Of a DNA stretch of 53,221 nt, positions 8,401-15,932 are shown in pieces (position 1 is the stretch's first letter; each line of letters starts with the position of its first letter). The DNA is taken from positions 1 through 53,221 of the IMG/VR virus record IMGVR_UViG_3300011422_000008; one strand, 5' to 3'. This DNA comes from a virus (taxonomy: Duplodnaviria; Caudoviricetes). The notes under the pieces are model-generated. The model saw only the letters and a list, made by a program, of their open reading frames with translations. It was not told the origin of the DNA and did no database searches. The position numbers were made by a program, and so were the translations under genes.

Positions 8401-11198
8401 AGGCGATTGGCGAGAAGATTATCAGCAAACTGGAGCGCTCTCACGTTTGGGCGGACGTCCAGAATGCTCTGTTTTACGATGATTGGCTCAGGCGGGTTAT
8501 CCCAAATCTAAAGAAGGTAGATCCGTCGATGGAGAAGGCCCGGGCTCTCTTCCATTCCTTCATGTTCTCCGATCGCGTCATCAAAGAACGCCGTGCCGGA
8601 GGCCAGTGGATTGAACAGAATCCGGAGCCAGCAAGGGCCATGCTCGAGGAGCTCGTTAAATATCCGGAGCTATCCAGTTATCGGGCTCAGCTTCAATCGG
8701 CGACCGATGACGCTCTGTACGATCTGGCCGCTCAGATGATGCGGACGGCTCATGACCGCGGGCCCAGGTTTATCCGGGAAGTCGATAAGGCAATTGACCG
8801 GCTCGCCCTCGGAGTTGAGGGGGATGCGGTTGTCCATGCATTCAACGTTCGCGGGAAGCTCCTGAACCCTGGGGGTGTCACTCCTCAGCGCGCAGCTCAG
8901 ATTATCTCGACCATCCGATCGCGACTCACGCCGGAGCAATTCGATGCCTTGAAAAAAGGCGCCGATGAATTCCGGGCCATGGTCTTTGATGTCACGCGCA
9001 AGGCTCATGATGAGGGATTAGTCTCCGATCGGACCTGGACTGAGATTGTTGAGCCGAACGCCGGCAACTACGTCCCGTATGCCGTTCTGGACTATTGGGA
9101 AGGCAAGGTTCCTGCAGTCGTTCCGCAAGCCGGCACAGCTCGCGACGTTGCGGACGTGGCGCTGGCAGCTCACATGAAGGTTGCCAGTCTCAATACCTGG
9201 AGGCAGAGCCAGAGGCAGATTAAACTGATTCAGCAAGCGTATCAGAATGGCGGCATCCCCGTTCTTCCTGGCCGAGCGCTCGAGCACTCCTCTGATATTG
9301 AGAAGGTGCGGAAAACTGCCGGGAAAGATGACATCAGCCGCGCGGTCATGTGGGTAAACGGTCGACCTCGGGTAATGGAATTTCCCAATGATCCGCACAA
9401 GGTAATTGAGGATGCCCTCTCGCATCCGGCTTTCTACCATCATCTGCAATTGCTCACGAGGTTGAATAAGATCACCCATAACTTAATGAGCATCTACACC
9501 ACGTTCAGTCCAACTTTCATGGGGTACCGCAACCCCGTTAGGGACGTTCGGACCAGCGCAACCCGTATTGGATTCCGAGCGACCGCTGGCACGACGATGC
9601 AGGCGATTGAACTTGGTAAATTGGCTGCAAACTATGCTGAAGCTGCTTTCGGTGGGGAAATGAATCCCGTTATCCGGGATCTGGTCGAAAGAGAAGTACT
9701 CATGCCGCCCAGGCTTGCGACCTCCGTAGTCCGAGACCAACAGAACCTAACGGAACTTATCCAGAATGGCGCAATTCTGGCATTTCACGCGCGCCGGTTG
9801 AAAGGTGAAACCTGGAAGTGGTACCAAGGGGGGGAACCAGGGCGAAAAGCAACCCAGAAAGCTGAACAGGTTTTTGCCGCGTATGAGGCTTTTGCCAAGA
9901 TCCAAGCGTACTTTTCTGCTAAGGCCAAAGGACTTTCTGAGGCTGAGTCGGAGGCTGTCGCGCGGATCGCCGGCATCCCCAATCCTGGGGTCATGGGCAA
10001 GTGGTCAACGCCGATGGAGGTTTTCCTGCCATGGTTCCGGGTTCACATCCAGGGGCTACGGGCTGATTTGGACGTCTTTCGGGATCCGAACCTGAATCGC
10101 GGTTTCATTACTCGTATCGCTTCCTTTGTTGTTCTTCCGCGCATTGCCAAGGTTGCCCTCGGAGCCGGTCTGGCGACCGGGCTCATCAAATCCCTCATCC
10201 CTGGCAAAGAGGATGACGATGATCTGGTCCTGGGCGAATTCTTCCGCCGTGTGAGTCCGTACAAGATGGCTCTCGACGATATTGTCCCGATTGCCTTCTA
10301 CGATCCGAGGACTGGCAAGTACCATTACCTCTGGGAATTCAAGCACGGTAAGGACGTCCCGGAACACTACGAAGCGGTCTCCTGGCGGATTCCTGGCTCT
10401 GAGCAGGATAGAATTTGGGGTACTCTCACCTATCAGATGCTCTCCGGGCTTCCGATGACCAAAGAAGCGCTTAGCCGGCCTGGGAATGGGCTAGTGGAGA
10501 ATATGGGCGCTTGGCTGCGGGATTATGCCGCTGTCGGGGTCAATCCGTTCTACGAAACCGGTCAGAACGTTTTCCAGGGGTCGATGTTGGGCAAGAATCC
10601 GGAGGATAGCTTTACTGGTCGACCAGCATTCAACCGGGAGTTCTTCGGCGCCGGTGGCAAGGAACGGGCTCAGGCGGTTGCTGGCTATACCATGCAGCGC
10701 TTCGGTGACGCCGGCTATCTTGCCGCCCTCTCCTCTGTGAACCTCCGGCTCCTCGATGAACGAGTCTTGAACGTGCTCCAGTCTAAGATGGACGGGGACA
10801 AGCAAGCTTTCGTGAAGCGGATACCGGTTCTCCGTTCCGTTTTCTCGTACGATAATTACGCCCGCTACCGGGCTGAGCGAAACGTGGAGATTGAGCAACA
10901 GGCTATCCGCGACCGTTCCAAGCTCGTGATGAGTCCCGAGGTTCACGCCATGTATCAGTACTACTGGCGGAACCAGGATCGGGAGAAGCAGATGGACCGG
11001 ACTGAACTTCAGCGGTTCAATGTTGCGAAGGCCTGGGTGAATTCCGCCTGGGGCGACCTCAAAACTCCAGGAAGCCTTTACTCTAAGGCGGCTCACGCTG
11101 TCGGACCGGACGGCTCAGCCATGGCAAAAGAAACCGCGCGGAGAGACATCGATGCCATCTCGCGCGGTTACGTGCTCCGCTTCAAAGCAGTGAAATAA
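2451..11198 (+). CDS. Giant polyvalent/ejection protein (~2915 aa) with ART-like, beta-clamp-like, zincin HExxH and LPD38-like regions
   Basis: ATG at 2451 overlaps the upstream gene end. Motifs RVYHG..GSWFT, DVYSDGKHVYATDGRVL, HEIGH..EELFAD and C-terminal WRIPGSE. Confidence 0.8.
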   Translation: MPIKDEVLVARPLPVTLPAWEDSEPVDVPQWDDSEEVPTLKIEPWQEPGLIQIPDALAPVAPQIAVPAESRTEQLARVIHEAGPRGSEARERAALAGRSLLEQEGFQALPVGEKAMSAAEAIAQEVAKTPGRLMRGGAVQAQVLPPPRMEEPGVRMLPNVPLRQEWEVKSPTERAQAVTGSELFKAGQAVEQAAERAHPTAAGSEASFWWGDVPRGIGSMGTSIGTGLVGGPAAGIGVATILETMDAFDQEMGRQVRTGEQPDPGKAWAKATGYGALTVPIESGLGVGRLIRNITKRFGRTGAEEALDLLRRKGKNGLTEFAKNRAKDAGLNAAQEGIEALSQDLIVEGEADWANVVRSAGAGAVAGTIAGGAGEAGARGARRIIGPPPSLEPPITGRDLLQREGAIPPLQAIEPTTERTPDDTQGEERVPGSQPQGPQPGNVPIVSGGQTPPPAGGILQTPTPPLKPIKVKFNGHYEAFGKVPAFDLYTTVEEGKKGTTATLEELRRQGFDPQIIAEPPPPAVTPPKAPEPSTDTVRVYHGEEAGSGASGSWFTIDPKRARTFGKNVSFVDLPRDVYEQLRKEAEAKGTPEKDLTLPDEWVKKGQPIEIEETVHDLDAETEYKPSATLGPVDGSPEYNALPMGAKSSIGEFEINQKIIDTGLHPDGKKATKKQIEELKLRQDQVRKNFERNRAVPIAELSTPDLLKMARGLGIKVDEESIMLEHVRNPLIARITELETKGLLDREAAMKAGAIPPKAPEVPPVAPAETKPAPAATKAPKVETVKPVSEPTSAELEPWLKVPEVDDSQAKEAANYARRQVEALRTQYKELEQQRIALDKLVMTGSKFRRHMKRSARKKDIDAFREVQKKQQDVETQIRAIENASRGDADVTERAMEARRVNDASRTPLSRLGARINLFHASGEKVPAEVERIFIQMTRAEVQKRFPDLRPQELEAMGREIERAARLGDDLKREFEINPALKGPFAGRRAELAKHVQDLRNQGNWNLWPEELIRKLEEKSRSSQPYGERDKPLPELSIKELEELKAEASEAAEVAAGKAKAIEELAAKQKAADEAEAQRLLDEAQAVVDSQPRTRKATAIKEELIDRIEEQMDKTIAAAKVTLVKNAELIEGAESYSATAESGGKFVQGTIRETPNGRFEVTAKVTGSKNPIKGLVDTRAEAERIIKVMSADASGRAVIAVPGDGIFTLHRNGENLANLWQQARSIVTSATPTGPKAPASGRPKAAPKLPKTVDVKAAILIMRKQIVDRKSGRPTLSDVYSDGKHVYATDGRVLVIIDAVQPVGGPEGFPVEAIKKDVWPDEMEGQPASVPTEELWRISRLAKSLYWKDSIPRVQLFVDDKGNIAGESMDAEGNAAGWGDPRGKRSLGFFDSEYIGSLAEIARALGHATVTLQAGVKGEGKQMSHPLVMKAPGIRALVGNVRDIEREAPKSTKAELPEGRAELEAFLQKTRDDLKVFQEQVKKVNGEEVGPVAARDQAKIDIARAEAKLAKLPKEEPAAPAEEEGATPEQIDAIIARWEKKISQLQDEQQKLNPRQRSFRAVAKDKQKRIGEIAAEIDAARKEIESLKSQRGSRGGGAKAYAAGERMPPRKPFNIFTATDAELDALHKERFGEMGGEFGMAYAGREAKIREFANFEEFKAWLDARYAERNLEHMQRAYAEADGKWKTKYIKTVNADPATDQLKRDVIAHIATGAPLPPGFVPVPPAAPPPGAPGAGGTTYQQPPPPPPREPTEYSKFDITALTQLFRYFSRFPQMNARLMKAYGQFVPNTGAVELKERLLWDTKLATRVLSHEIGHFVDLMLTPVGWGARDFARRFAPLRDFKRAVRDRKDLNQAAKALSAVWRGAFSPTNAYRNSAEELFADTMSALLTNPEMVNQQFPVIHDAFERFRADKPAFRNAYSFLTSWLRGDEIPDQILKQQAEANKRTLNDLLQEDTTPKQSYIDQLKQAVVSIWYPIYAIEGKPKAIGEKIISKLERSHVWADVQNALFYDDWLRRVIPNLKKVDPSMEKARALFHSFMFSDRVIKERRAGGQWIEQNPEPARAMLEELVKYPELSSYRAQLQSATDDALYDLAAQMMRTAHDRGPRFIREVDKAIDRLALGVEGDAVVHAFNVRGKLLNPGGVTPQRAAQIISTIRSRLTPEQFDALKKGADEFRAMVFDVTRKAHDEGLVSDRTWTEIVEPNAGNYVPYAVLDYWEGKVPAVVPQAGTARDVADVALAAHMKVASLNTWRQSQRQIKLIQQAYQNGGIPVLPGRALEHSSDIEKVRKTAGKDDISRAVMWVNGRPRVMEFPNDPHKVIEDALSHPAFYHHLQLLTRLNKITHNLMSIYTTFSPTFMGYRNPVRDVRTSATRIGFRATAGTTMQAIELGKLAANYAEAAFGGEMNPVIRDLVEREVLMPPRLATSVVRDQQNLTELIQNGAILAFHARRLKGETWKWYQGGEPGRKATQKAEQVFAAYEAFAKIQAYFSAKAKGLSEAESEAVARIAGIPNPGVMGKWSTPMEVFLPWFRVHIQGLRADLDVFRDPNLNRGFITRIASFVVLPRIAKVALGAGLATGLIKSLIPGKEDDDDLVLGEFFRRVSPYKMALDDIVPIAFYDPRTGKYHYLWEFKHGKDVPEHYEAVSWRIPGSEQDRIWGTLTYQMLSGLPMTKEALSRPGNGLVENMGAWLRDYAAVGVNPFYETGQNVFQGSMLGKNPEDSFTGRPAFNREFFGAGGKERAQAVAGYTMQRFGDAGYLAALSSVNLRLLDERVLNVLQSKMDGDKQAFVKRIPVLRSVFSYDNYARYRAERNVEIEQQAIRDRSKLVMSPEVHAMYQYYWRNQDREKQMDRTELQRFNVAKAWVNSAWGDLKTPGSLYSKAAHAVGPDGSAMAKETARRDIDAISRGYVLRFKAVK
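3715..3849 (+). CDS. Small basic protein (44 aa) nested out of frame in the giant gene
   Basis: AGAAAGGA then ATG; MIRKVKSGYRVVSHKGRNLGTSRSLAGAKRRLRQVEYFKH resembles a small phage protein family recalled as free-standing. Confidence 0.7.
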   Translation: MIRKVKSGYRVVSHKGRNLGTSRSLAGAKRRLRQVEYFKHLRRR

Positions 11199-11219
11199 AC
11201 CACAACCGAAAGGCTCGCT

Positions 11220-11264
11220 ATGGCCTGCAAAAAGAAAAAAGGGAAGAAGCGAAAAGGCTACTGA
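11220..11264 (+). CDS. Lysine-rich micropeptide MACKKKKGKKRKGY
   Basis: GAAAGG RBS 7 nt upstream; lies at the end of the late operon. Confidence 0.5.
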   Translation: MACKKKKGKKRKGY

Positions 11265-13591
11265 GCCGCTTCATTCTCAGGCTTGGCCCGGACTCCCATT
11301 GCCTTCAGGACCTCCGGGCTGAGCTGTCTTTGGTACCGGACGCACAGGCGCCGGCCAAGGGCTGCTTGCCCAGGAGTCAGATTTCCTCGAGCTGCAAGCT
11401 GATGGCCAATCGTGGTGTCGACTTTGGAGAACCCCGCTCCGTCCAACGCTTGAGCTCCGTCACAGTACAAAGCCAATTGTCGAAGGCCGTTGTGGGCCGC
11501 AGCTATCTCGGTGGACGTCATGAGCAGTCCCTCCTCCTGGATTTCGGTCCGCTTCCCCAGTGGCTTTGCCGGAGCGAAAACTGGCTCCGCTGCCCAGGCG
11601 CCCGGGTCAATGTCCAAGGCTGCTTCGATGATTTCCTGTTTCTCGATCGTGGTCTTGATCATCTTGGCATCCATGGTGCCAGGGATAACATAATGCTTCA
11701 CGAGCACGTTATCCTTCTGCCCGATACGATGGGCCCGGTCCTCCGCTTGGCTCATCTTTCCCGGGGCCCAGTCCTGTTCAGCAAACACAACTAAGTTAGC
11801 CGCGGTCAGAGTGAGGCCCTCGCCGCAAGCGCGAATGGAACCGAAAAATTGCCTGCACTTCGGATCTGTCTGGAACCTGTCACAAATCCCCTGGCGTTCT
11901 TCCGGAGGCGTCTCCCCGGTGATGAGAACCGAGCCAGGAAAAGCTTTGTGCAACGGCTCGAGCACGTCCCGGTGATGACCGAACACGAGAATTTTCGAGC
12001 ATTCCTCCAGCTCATCCTGGAGCATGGGAATCATGGCTGGCACCTTGGCAACCGCGGTATCGTGTCGCACCTTGGCAATCTCTGTGAAGGCTACATGCGT
12101 GCTGGCCATTTTTTTAACGGCTTCCTTGAAAGCTGTGTCAGAGTCCGAGGCCCGGGCAACCTCCAGCTCTGCCTGGGCCGCGATTAAAGCTTGCTCATGC
12201 CGCTGATAGGCTTTGCGGTCCTGTTCGATGATTTCCTCCATGCCCTCCGTGTTCATTTCGACGACGCCCCGAGTCTTGGGAGGCAATTCCTTCAGTACGT
12301 CTTTCTTCAGGCGCCGGATCATGCACGTTTCGCGGAGGATCCGCTGTAGCTCCTCGAGGTTGCTGGCTCCGCTGGTGTCTAGGTGCCCGCTATCCTGATT
12401 CATGGCGCAATACCTCTTGGCAAAGCTCCAGAACGACCGCCAGCGCTTAGGGTCCAGGAAAAACAGGGTGCTCCAGATTTCCTCTGGACGGTTCTCAATC
12501 GGGGTTCCCGAAAGGGCGATTCGCCGCTTCGCCGGCAACGGAGGGATGATTTGCTCGCCGGCAGCTTGAGCTTTCTTGGTGGGAACGTAACCGATTACCG
12601 CCATGGCCCGCTTCGTGGTCCGGTTCTTGATGTTCGCCGACTCATCCAGGATTACCAGATCCCATTCCGCGGCTCGAAGGGAATGCGTGTGCTTGGTCAG
12701 CACGTCATAATTGATAATGACGACATCGGCATTCCGCGGCCAGTACTGCGCTTCGGCTATGCCAATCGTGAGTTTGTCCACAAGCCACTTCTCGAGCTCA
12801 CGGCGCCAGTTCTCTTTGAGACTGGCTTTGGTGACTACCAGAACGCGCCGGATTTCCGGAATGCAGTTGATCACCCCTATCGCTTGCAGAGTTTTCCCGA
12901 GCCCCATTTCGTCAGCTATGTAGCAGCCGCCGCCTTGCGTCGAATCCATGCGGCTTTCATTTTCGCCCTCACTTGGGAAGGATGAGTTTTGCCGAAGAGC
13001 CAAGTTTTCTGTCCGTAGTTGTGATTTTTCGGTCCTAATTGAGCCAGCCTCATTTTGAGCTTCGTTGCCTTGGAGTGATGTTTCCCGAGCATTCCTACTC
13101 GTGTCCCCACACAGGCTATTGACATTTTTCGACGGGTTTCCGGGGAGCGCTTCATGCCGATCATGGCAAGACTGATTTTGATGCGTGTTGATTTTGGTAG
13201 GTGCTTCATAGCCGAAACAGTTCAGTGCAAATTTAACTCCTGCTTTTTGGAACGGGAAAAAAACGCAACCTGGAGGCGTTGGTATTTCGATTTCAGCATC
13301 AGCCGCGCGACTCGCCTTCAAGTTGGCTTCCCGCTTCGCTACGTCCTGTTCGTCCAGGTGTTGCCACCAACAGACCTGCCAAGCATCGGTTTGAAGGTTC
13401 TTAGTGACACTGAGGCCGCGGCTCTTGAGCTCATCCTTGTGTTGGGCCCAGAACGTCCAAAAGACTGAACCCTCCGGAGGCTCCGATTTTCGAAGGATAC
13501 GGGGTCCGTACTTGGTTTGGACTTCGCGCGCTTCCCCCCAGGGGAGGAGAGTCTCGATCGCCGGCATTGGCACTGATGTGAGTGTGTTCAT
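11258..13591 (-). CDS. SNF2/HARP (SMARCAL1-like) helicase/annealing ATPase with ~98-aa insertion
   Basis: ADEMGLGKT, ILDES, LSGTPIEN, RRLKKDVL, GEGLTLTAA and QAEDRAHRIGQ motifs; start follows AAGGA RBS. Confidence 0.92.
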   Translation of the reverse strand: MNTLTSVPMPAIETLLPWGEAREVQTKYGPRILRKSEPPEGSVFWTFWAQHKDELKSRGLSVTKNLQTDAWQVCWWQHLDEQDVAKREANLKASRAADAEIEIPTPPGCVFFPFQKAGVKFALNCFGYEAPTKINTHQNQSCHDRHEALPGNPSKNVNSLCGDTSRNARETSLQGNEAQNEAGSIRTEKSQLRTENLALRQNSSFPSEGENESRMDSTQGGGCYIADEMGLGKTLQAIGVINCIPEIRRVLVVTKASLKENWRRELEKWLVDKLTIGIAEAQYWPRNADVVIINYDVLTKHTHSLRAAEWDLVILDESANIKNRTTKRAMAVIGYVPTKKAQAAGEQIIPPLPAKRRIALSGTPIENRPEEIWSTLFFLDPKRWRSFWSFAKRYCAMNQDSGHLDTSGASNLEELQRILRETCMIRRLKKDVLKELPPKTRGVVEMNTEGMEEIIEQDRKAYQRHEQALIAAQAELEVARASDSDTAFKEAVKKMASTHVAFTEIAKVRHDTAVAKVPAMIPMLQDELEECSKILVFGHHRDVLEPLHKAFPGSVLITGETPPEERQGICDRFQTDPKCRQFFGSIRACGEGLTLTAANLVVFAEQDWAPGKMSQAEDRAHRIGQKDNVLVKHYVIPGTMDAKMIKTTIEKQEIIEAALDIDPGAWAAEPVFAPAKPLGKRTEIQEEGLLMTSTEIAAAHNGLRQLALYCDGAQALDGAGFSKVDTTIGHQLAARGNLTPGQAALGRRLCVRYQRQLSPEVLKAMGVRAKPENEAAQ
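12916..13209 (-). CDS. NUMOD3-repeat DNA-binding protein nested out of frame in the helicase insertion
   Basis: GMKRSPETRRKMSIA, GKHHSKATKLKMRLA, KNHNYG and FGKTHPSQVRAKM motifs; no nuclease domain. Confidence 0.75.
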   Translation of the reverse strand: MKHLPKSTRIKISLAMIGMKRSPETRRKMSIACVGTRVGMLGKHHSKATKLKMRLAQLGPKNHNYGQKTWLFGKTHPSQVRAKMKAAWIRRKAAAAT

Positions 13592-13677
13592 TGTTTCCTT
13601 TCCATGTTTGCTTGATGGAGGGCCGAAATCTCCCGCTCTTTGGCCCGGATGATGGCCTCGAGTCCGGTAGCGCTCAT
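13588..13677 (-). CDS. Small hypothetical protein (29 aa)
   Basis: MSATGLEAIIRAKEREISALHQANMERKQ; ATGA-coupled to both neighbours. Confidence 0.4.
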   Translation of the reverse strand: MSATGLEAIIRAKEREISALHQANMERKQ

Positions 13678-14138
13678 GGCAGGATCTCCTGCTGGCGCCA
13701 TCCTGCACCCTCTTCCCAGGCCAGCCACCAGGAAATTTCAGGGTAGGTAGATGCTGCCACCTTCAGATTTTCGAATCCGCCGCGGAATGCGTGGGGGCCC
13801 TTCACTTCCCAGGCAAACTCCCTGCCTTCGTTCTTCAGCAAAGCCGTGAAGTCTGGCTTGTACCAGATACCATTTGCCAGCCGGTAGCGCTTCGCCTGGG
13901 CCCGGATGTGATAGTCTGGAAAGCAGCGCTGTAACCGGGCTTGGAATCGCTTCTCCAGCTCATTGAGGAGCGGCTTCGAATCCTGGCGCAAGCGCTTGGC
14001 CTTCTCGGTTACTTTTGATGCGACTACAGCCTCCGCGGACTCCAGGACCTTGCCCGCAACTTCGAGGTTCCGTTTCAATGTGCTGAGGCTCGCGCCCGGG
14101 AAGAGCTGCTTCAATTCCTCAATGGTAATCTGTCTCAT
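13674..14138 (-). CDS. PD-(D/E)xK nuclease (DUF1064-like)
   Basis: NELEKRF...YKPDF...EVKG motif. Confidence 0.75.
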   Translation of the reverse strand: MRQITIEELKQLFPGASLSTLKRNLEVAGKVLESAEAVVASKVTEKAKRLRQDSKPLLNELEKRFQARLQRCFPDYHIRAQAKRYRLANGIWYKPDFTALLKNEGREFAWEVKGPHAFRGGFENLKVAASTYPEISWWLAWEEGAGWRQQEILP

Positions 14139-14187
14139 ACCTTCCATTCTGCGATGTCGTGTTTCAGTGTATAATGGCCGAGAGTTT

Positions 14188-14733
14188 TCATATTTCCTTT
14201 CCGACCTTCATGCGCCCTTCGGCAGAGCTGGTTAATCCACGCTCCAGAAGCTCCTCCATAGCTTGATCGATAGCTTCCCTGGCTGTCTGAGCGAACCCAT
14301 CGACGCAAAGGACGCCTATCCCGCTCGTGTTGTGCAACCGATAACCTCTGCCACTGGATGATTTCCTCGCCGCCCAGGGTTGGCCGTTGGACTGTTTCTC
14401 GAGCCAGTCCAAGCGCTGTGTGTCTGTGATCACGTTATTTGGCCCAACGTTCCATTCACCCAGTTTGGCTAAGAGCCCGAGGAGTCGAGCTGCTTCGATT
14501 TCCTCGTGAACCCAATCATGATGCTGGAGGCATATCGCTGCCCAAAACTGTACCGCGTTGAGGAGCCAATGCCCAGGACCTCCCCGCCCGTAAATGTGAT
14601 GAGGGGACTTATGCGCCGGCCTTTTGCAGCCTGGAAACTGGCAGAAGGGGTGCTCTTTGTGCCAGGGCGGTTTAAGTCTCTCGTACTCAATAAGGACAGT
14701 TTTCATTCTCGTACTGACTGGGCTTATACTCAT
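14188..14733 (-). CDS. HNH-type nuclease with C-terminal extension
   Basis: CQFPGC...HHIYGRG...AICLQHHDWVH. Confidence 0.7.
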   Translation of the reverse strand: MSISPVSTRMKTVLIEYERLKPPWHKEHPFCQFPGCKRPAHKSPHHIYGRGGPGHWLLNAVQFWAAICLQHHDWVHEEIEAARLLGLLAKLGEWNVGPNNVITDTQRLDWLEKQSNGQPWAARKSSSGRGYRLHNTSGIGVLCVDGFAQTAREAIDQAMEELLERGLTSSAEGRMKVGKEI

Positions 14734-14738
14734 ATTAA

Positions 14739-14891
14739 TTAGGATTTGACGTGTTTCCATCGCTTGCCTGAAATGACCTCAGACACCAAGCCAACTGCTA
14801 GAGAATACTTTCGAGCAAGGACATTGATACTGGCTTTTCGGCTCCATGGTCGATGCTCTGCTCTGATAATTCTAACCAAGGAATCGGCCAG
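14739..14891 (-). pseudogene. Remnant of an HNH homing-endonuclease C-terminal HTH
   Basis: LADSLVRIIRAEH...LARKYSLAVGLVSEVISGKRWKHV preceded by an in-frame stop. Confidence 0.55.
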
Positions 14892-14901
14892 TCAATAGTT
14901 T

Positions 14902-15213
14902 TCACATTGGTTGTTTGGATGGGTCTTGAATCATTTTCAGTTCGAGGAATGTTCGCGCCATGGAGATAGCGAAAGCGGTTCGTGCTCTTTGCACATGCTC
15001 ACAGTGTTTCCGCGCAAGCACCGGGATTCCCGATTTCAGCAGTGGGCCAACTCTGAATTCAAAATCCTCACAGGAGCACCAGCCCGCTCCATCAAAAGCG
15101 GCTAAATCCACTCGATGTTTTATATTCCTTCTGCTTCGGCTTTGGACAAAATAGACCAGTAATTCACCTTCCAGTGAATCAACGCCAGGGCAGAGTGAGT
15201 TAAGGCGAATCAT
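14902..15213 (-). CDS. SWIM zinc-finger protein
   Basis: YFVQSRS..HRVDL..WCSCEDF...CEHV. Confidence 0.7.
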   Translation of the reverse strand: MIRLNSLCPGVDSLEGELLVYFVQSRSRRNIKHRVDLAAFDGAGWCSCEDFEFRVGPLLKSGIPVLARKHCEHVQRARTAFAISMARTFLELKMIQDPSKQPM

Positions 15214-15274
15214 AGATATACCAGGGAGTCTCCCTCGAGGGGGCGGACTCCCGGGCATATTTGGGCAATCGGCA

Positions 15275-15421
15275 TCAAAGCTTCTGTTCTTTTGCCGGGT
15301 GAGCCGACCACTGGCCGGCTTCCTCCCGGAGATGCTTCTCTTGATGAGCGCGCCAATGCCGATCGGGACGGATCCTAATCCTCCTTCCACATTTCGGGCA
15401 TTGGCGTTTCGGGTAGCTCAT
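15275..15421 (-). CDS. Small zinc-finger protein (48 aa)
   Basis: MSYPKRQCPKCGRRIRIRPDRHWRAHQEKH; coupled to the upstream stop. Confidence 0.5.
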   Translation of the reverse strand: MSYPKRQCPKCGRRIRIRPDRHWRAHQEKHLREEAGQWSAHPAKEQKL

Positions 15422-15708
15422 TCCCCGGCCTCTTCCTCCTCCGTGCCGTCGATGTTTTTCACTTTGACGCCGACCTTGCCGTCTTTGATTTTGACCTCAT
15501 GGTCCCCGTAGCGGTAGCTGGTCAAGCCGTGCTCGCGCATCTTCTCGACCAGGGTATCCCGGGCTTTGCACTCCTTAACCGTGTGCTCCATCCGGGTATC
15601 TCGCGCGTCGACGTACTTGTCTGCAGCGACGTCGATAGCCTTGATCCTGGGTTGCGCTACACCTTCCCCTTCAATGGCGGGAAGATCACCTTGTTTGGGT
15701 CTGGTCAT
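15418..15708 (-). CDS. Hypothetical phage protein
   Basis: RBS AGAAAGG; tightly packed in the operon. Confidence 0.6.
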   Translation of the reverse strand: MTRPKQGDLPAIEGEGVAQPRIKAIDVAADKYVDARDTRMEHTVKECKARDTLVEKMREHGLTSYRYGDHEVKIKDGKVGVKVKNIDGTEEEEAGE

Positions 15709-15710
15709 TT

Positions 15711-15932
15711 TTACCTTTCTTGGTTGCTCCCGGAGTCCATCCCCGGGAAATTCTGTTGAGAGTTCGGAGGAGCGCTTCGCCGGAGGAGCTTGAGAATTTC
15801 CTCCATGCACTCGATTTCGTGCATCGCTCTAGCTCTTGTCATTTTGAGGTTTTGAACCTGATTCAGGTAAACGAAGTGTCTGAGTTTTAGCTCCCGCTCA
15901 GCGCACTTAATCAATTCATCGTGAGTTTTCAT
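15711..15932 (-). CDS. Hypothetical phage protein
   Basis: CAERELKLRHFVY...EIECM pattern; ATGA-coupled. Confidence 0.6.
   Translation of the reverse strand: MKTHDELIKCAERELKLRHFVYLNQVQNLKMTRARAMHEIECMEEILKLLRRSAPPNSQQNFPGMDSGSNQER

Noticed and set aside
12916-13209. Group I intron carrying the NUMOD3 ORF
   Set aside because: The ORF occupies essentially the whole insertion, leaving no room for a visible P3-P7 core, and the host frame is not interrupted. Not formally excluded without cmscan/RT-PCR.
12916-13221. Intein in the helicase (insertion begins near CFGY...)
   Set aside because: No terminal His-Asn/Gln before the downstream Cys and no block B TxxH; the host-frame insert looks like an alternative-frame by-product.
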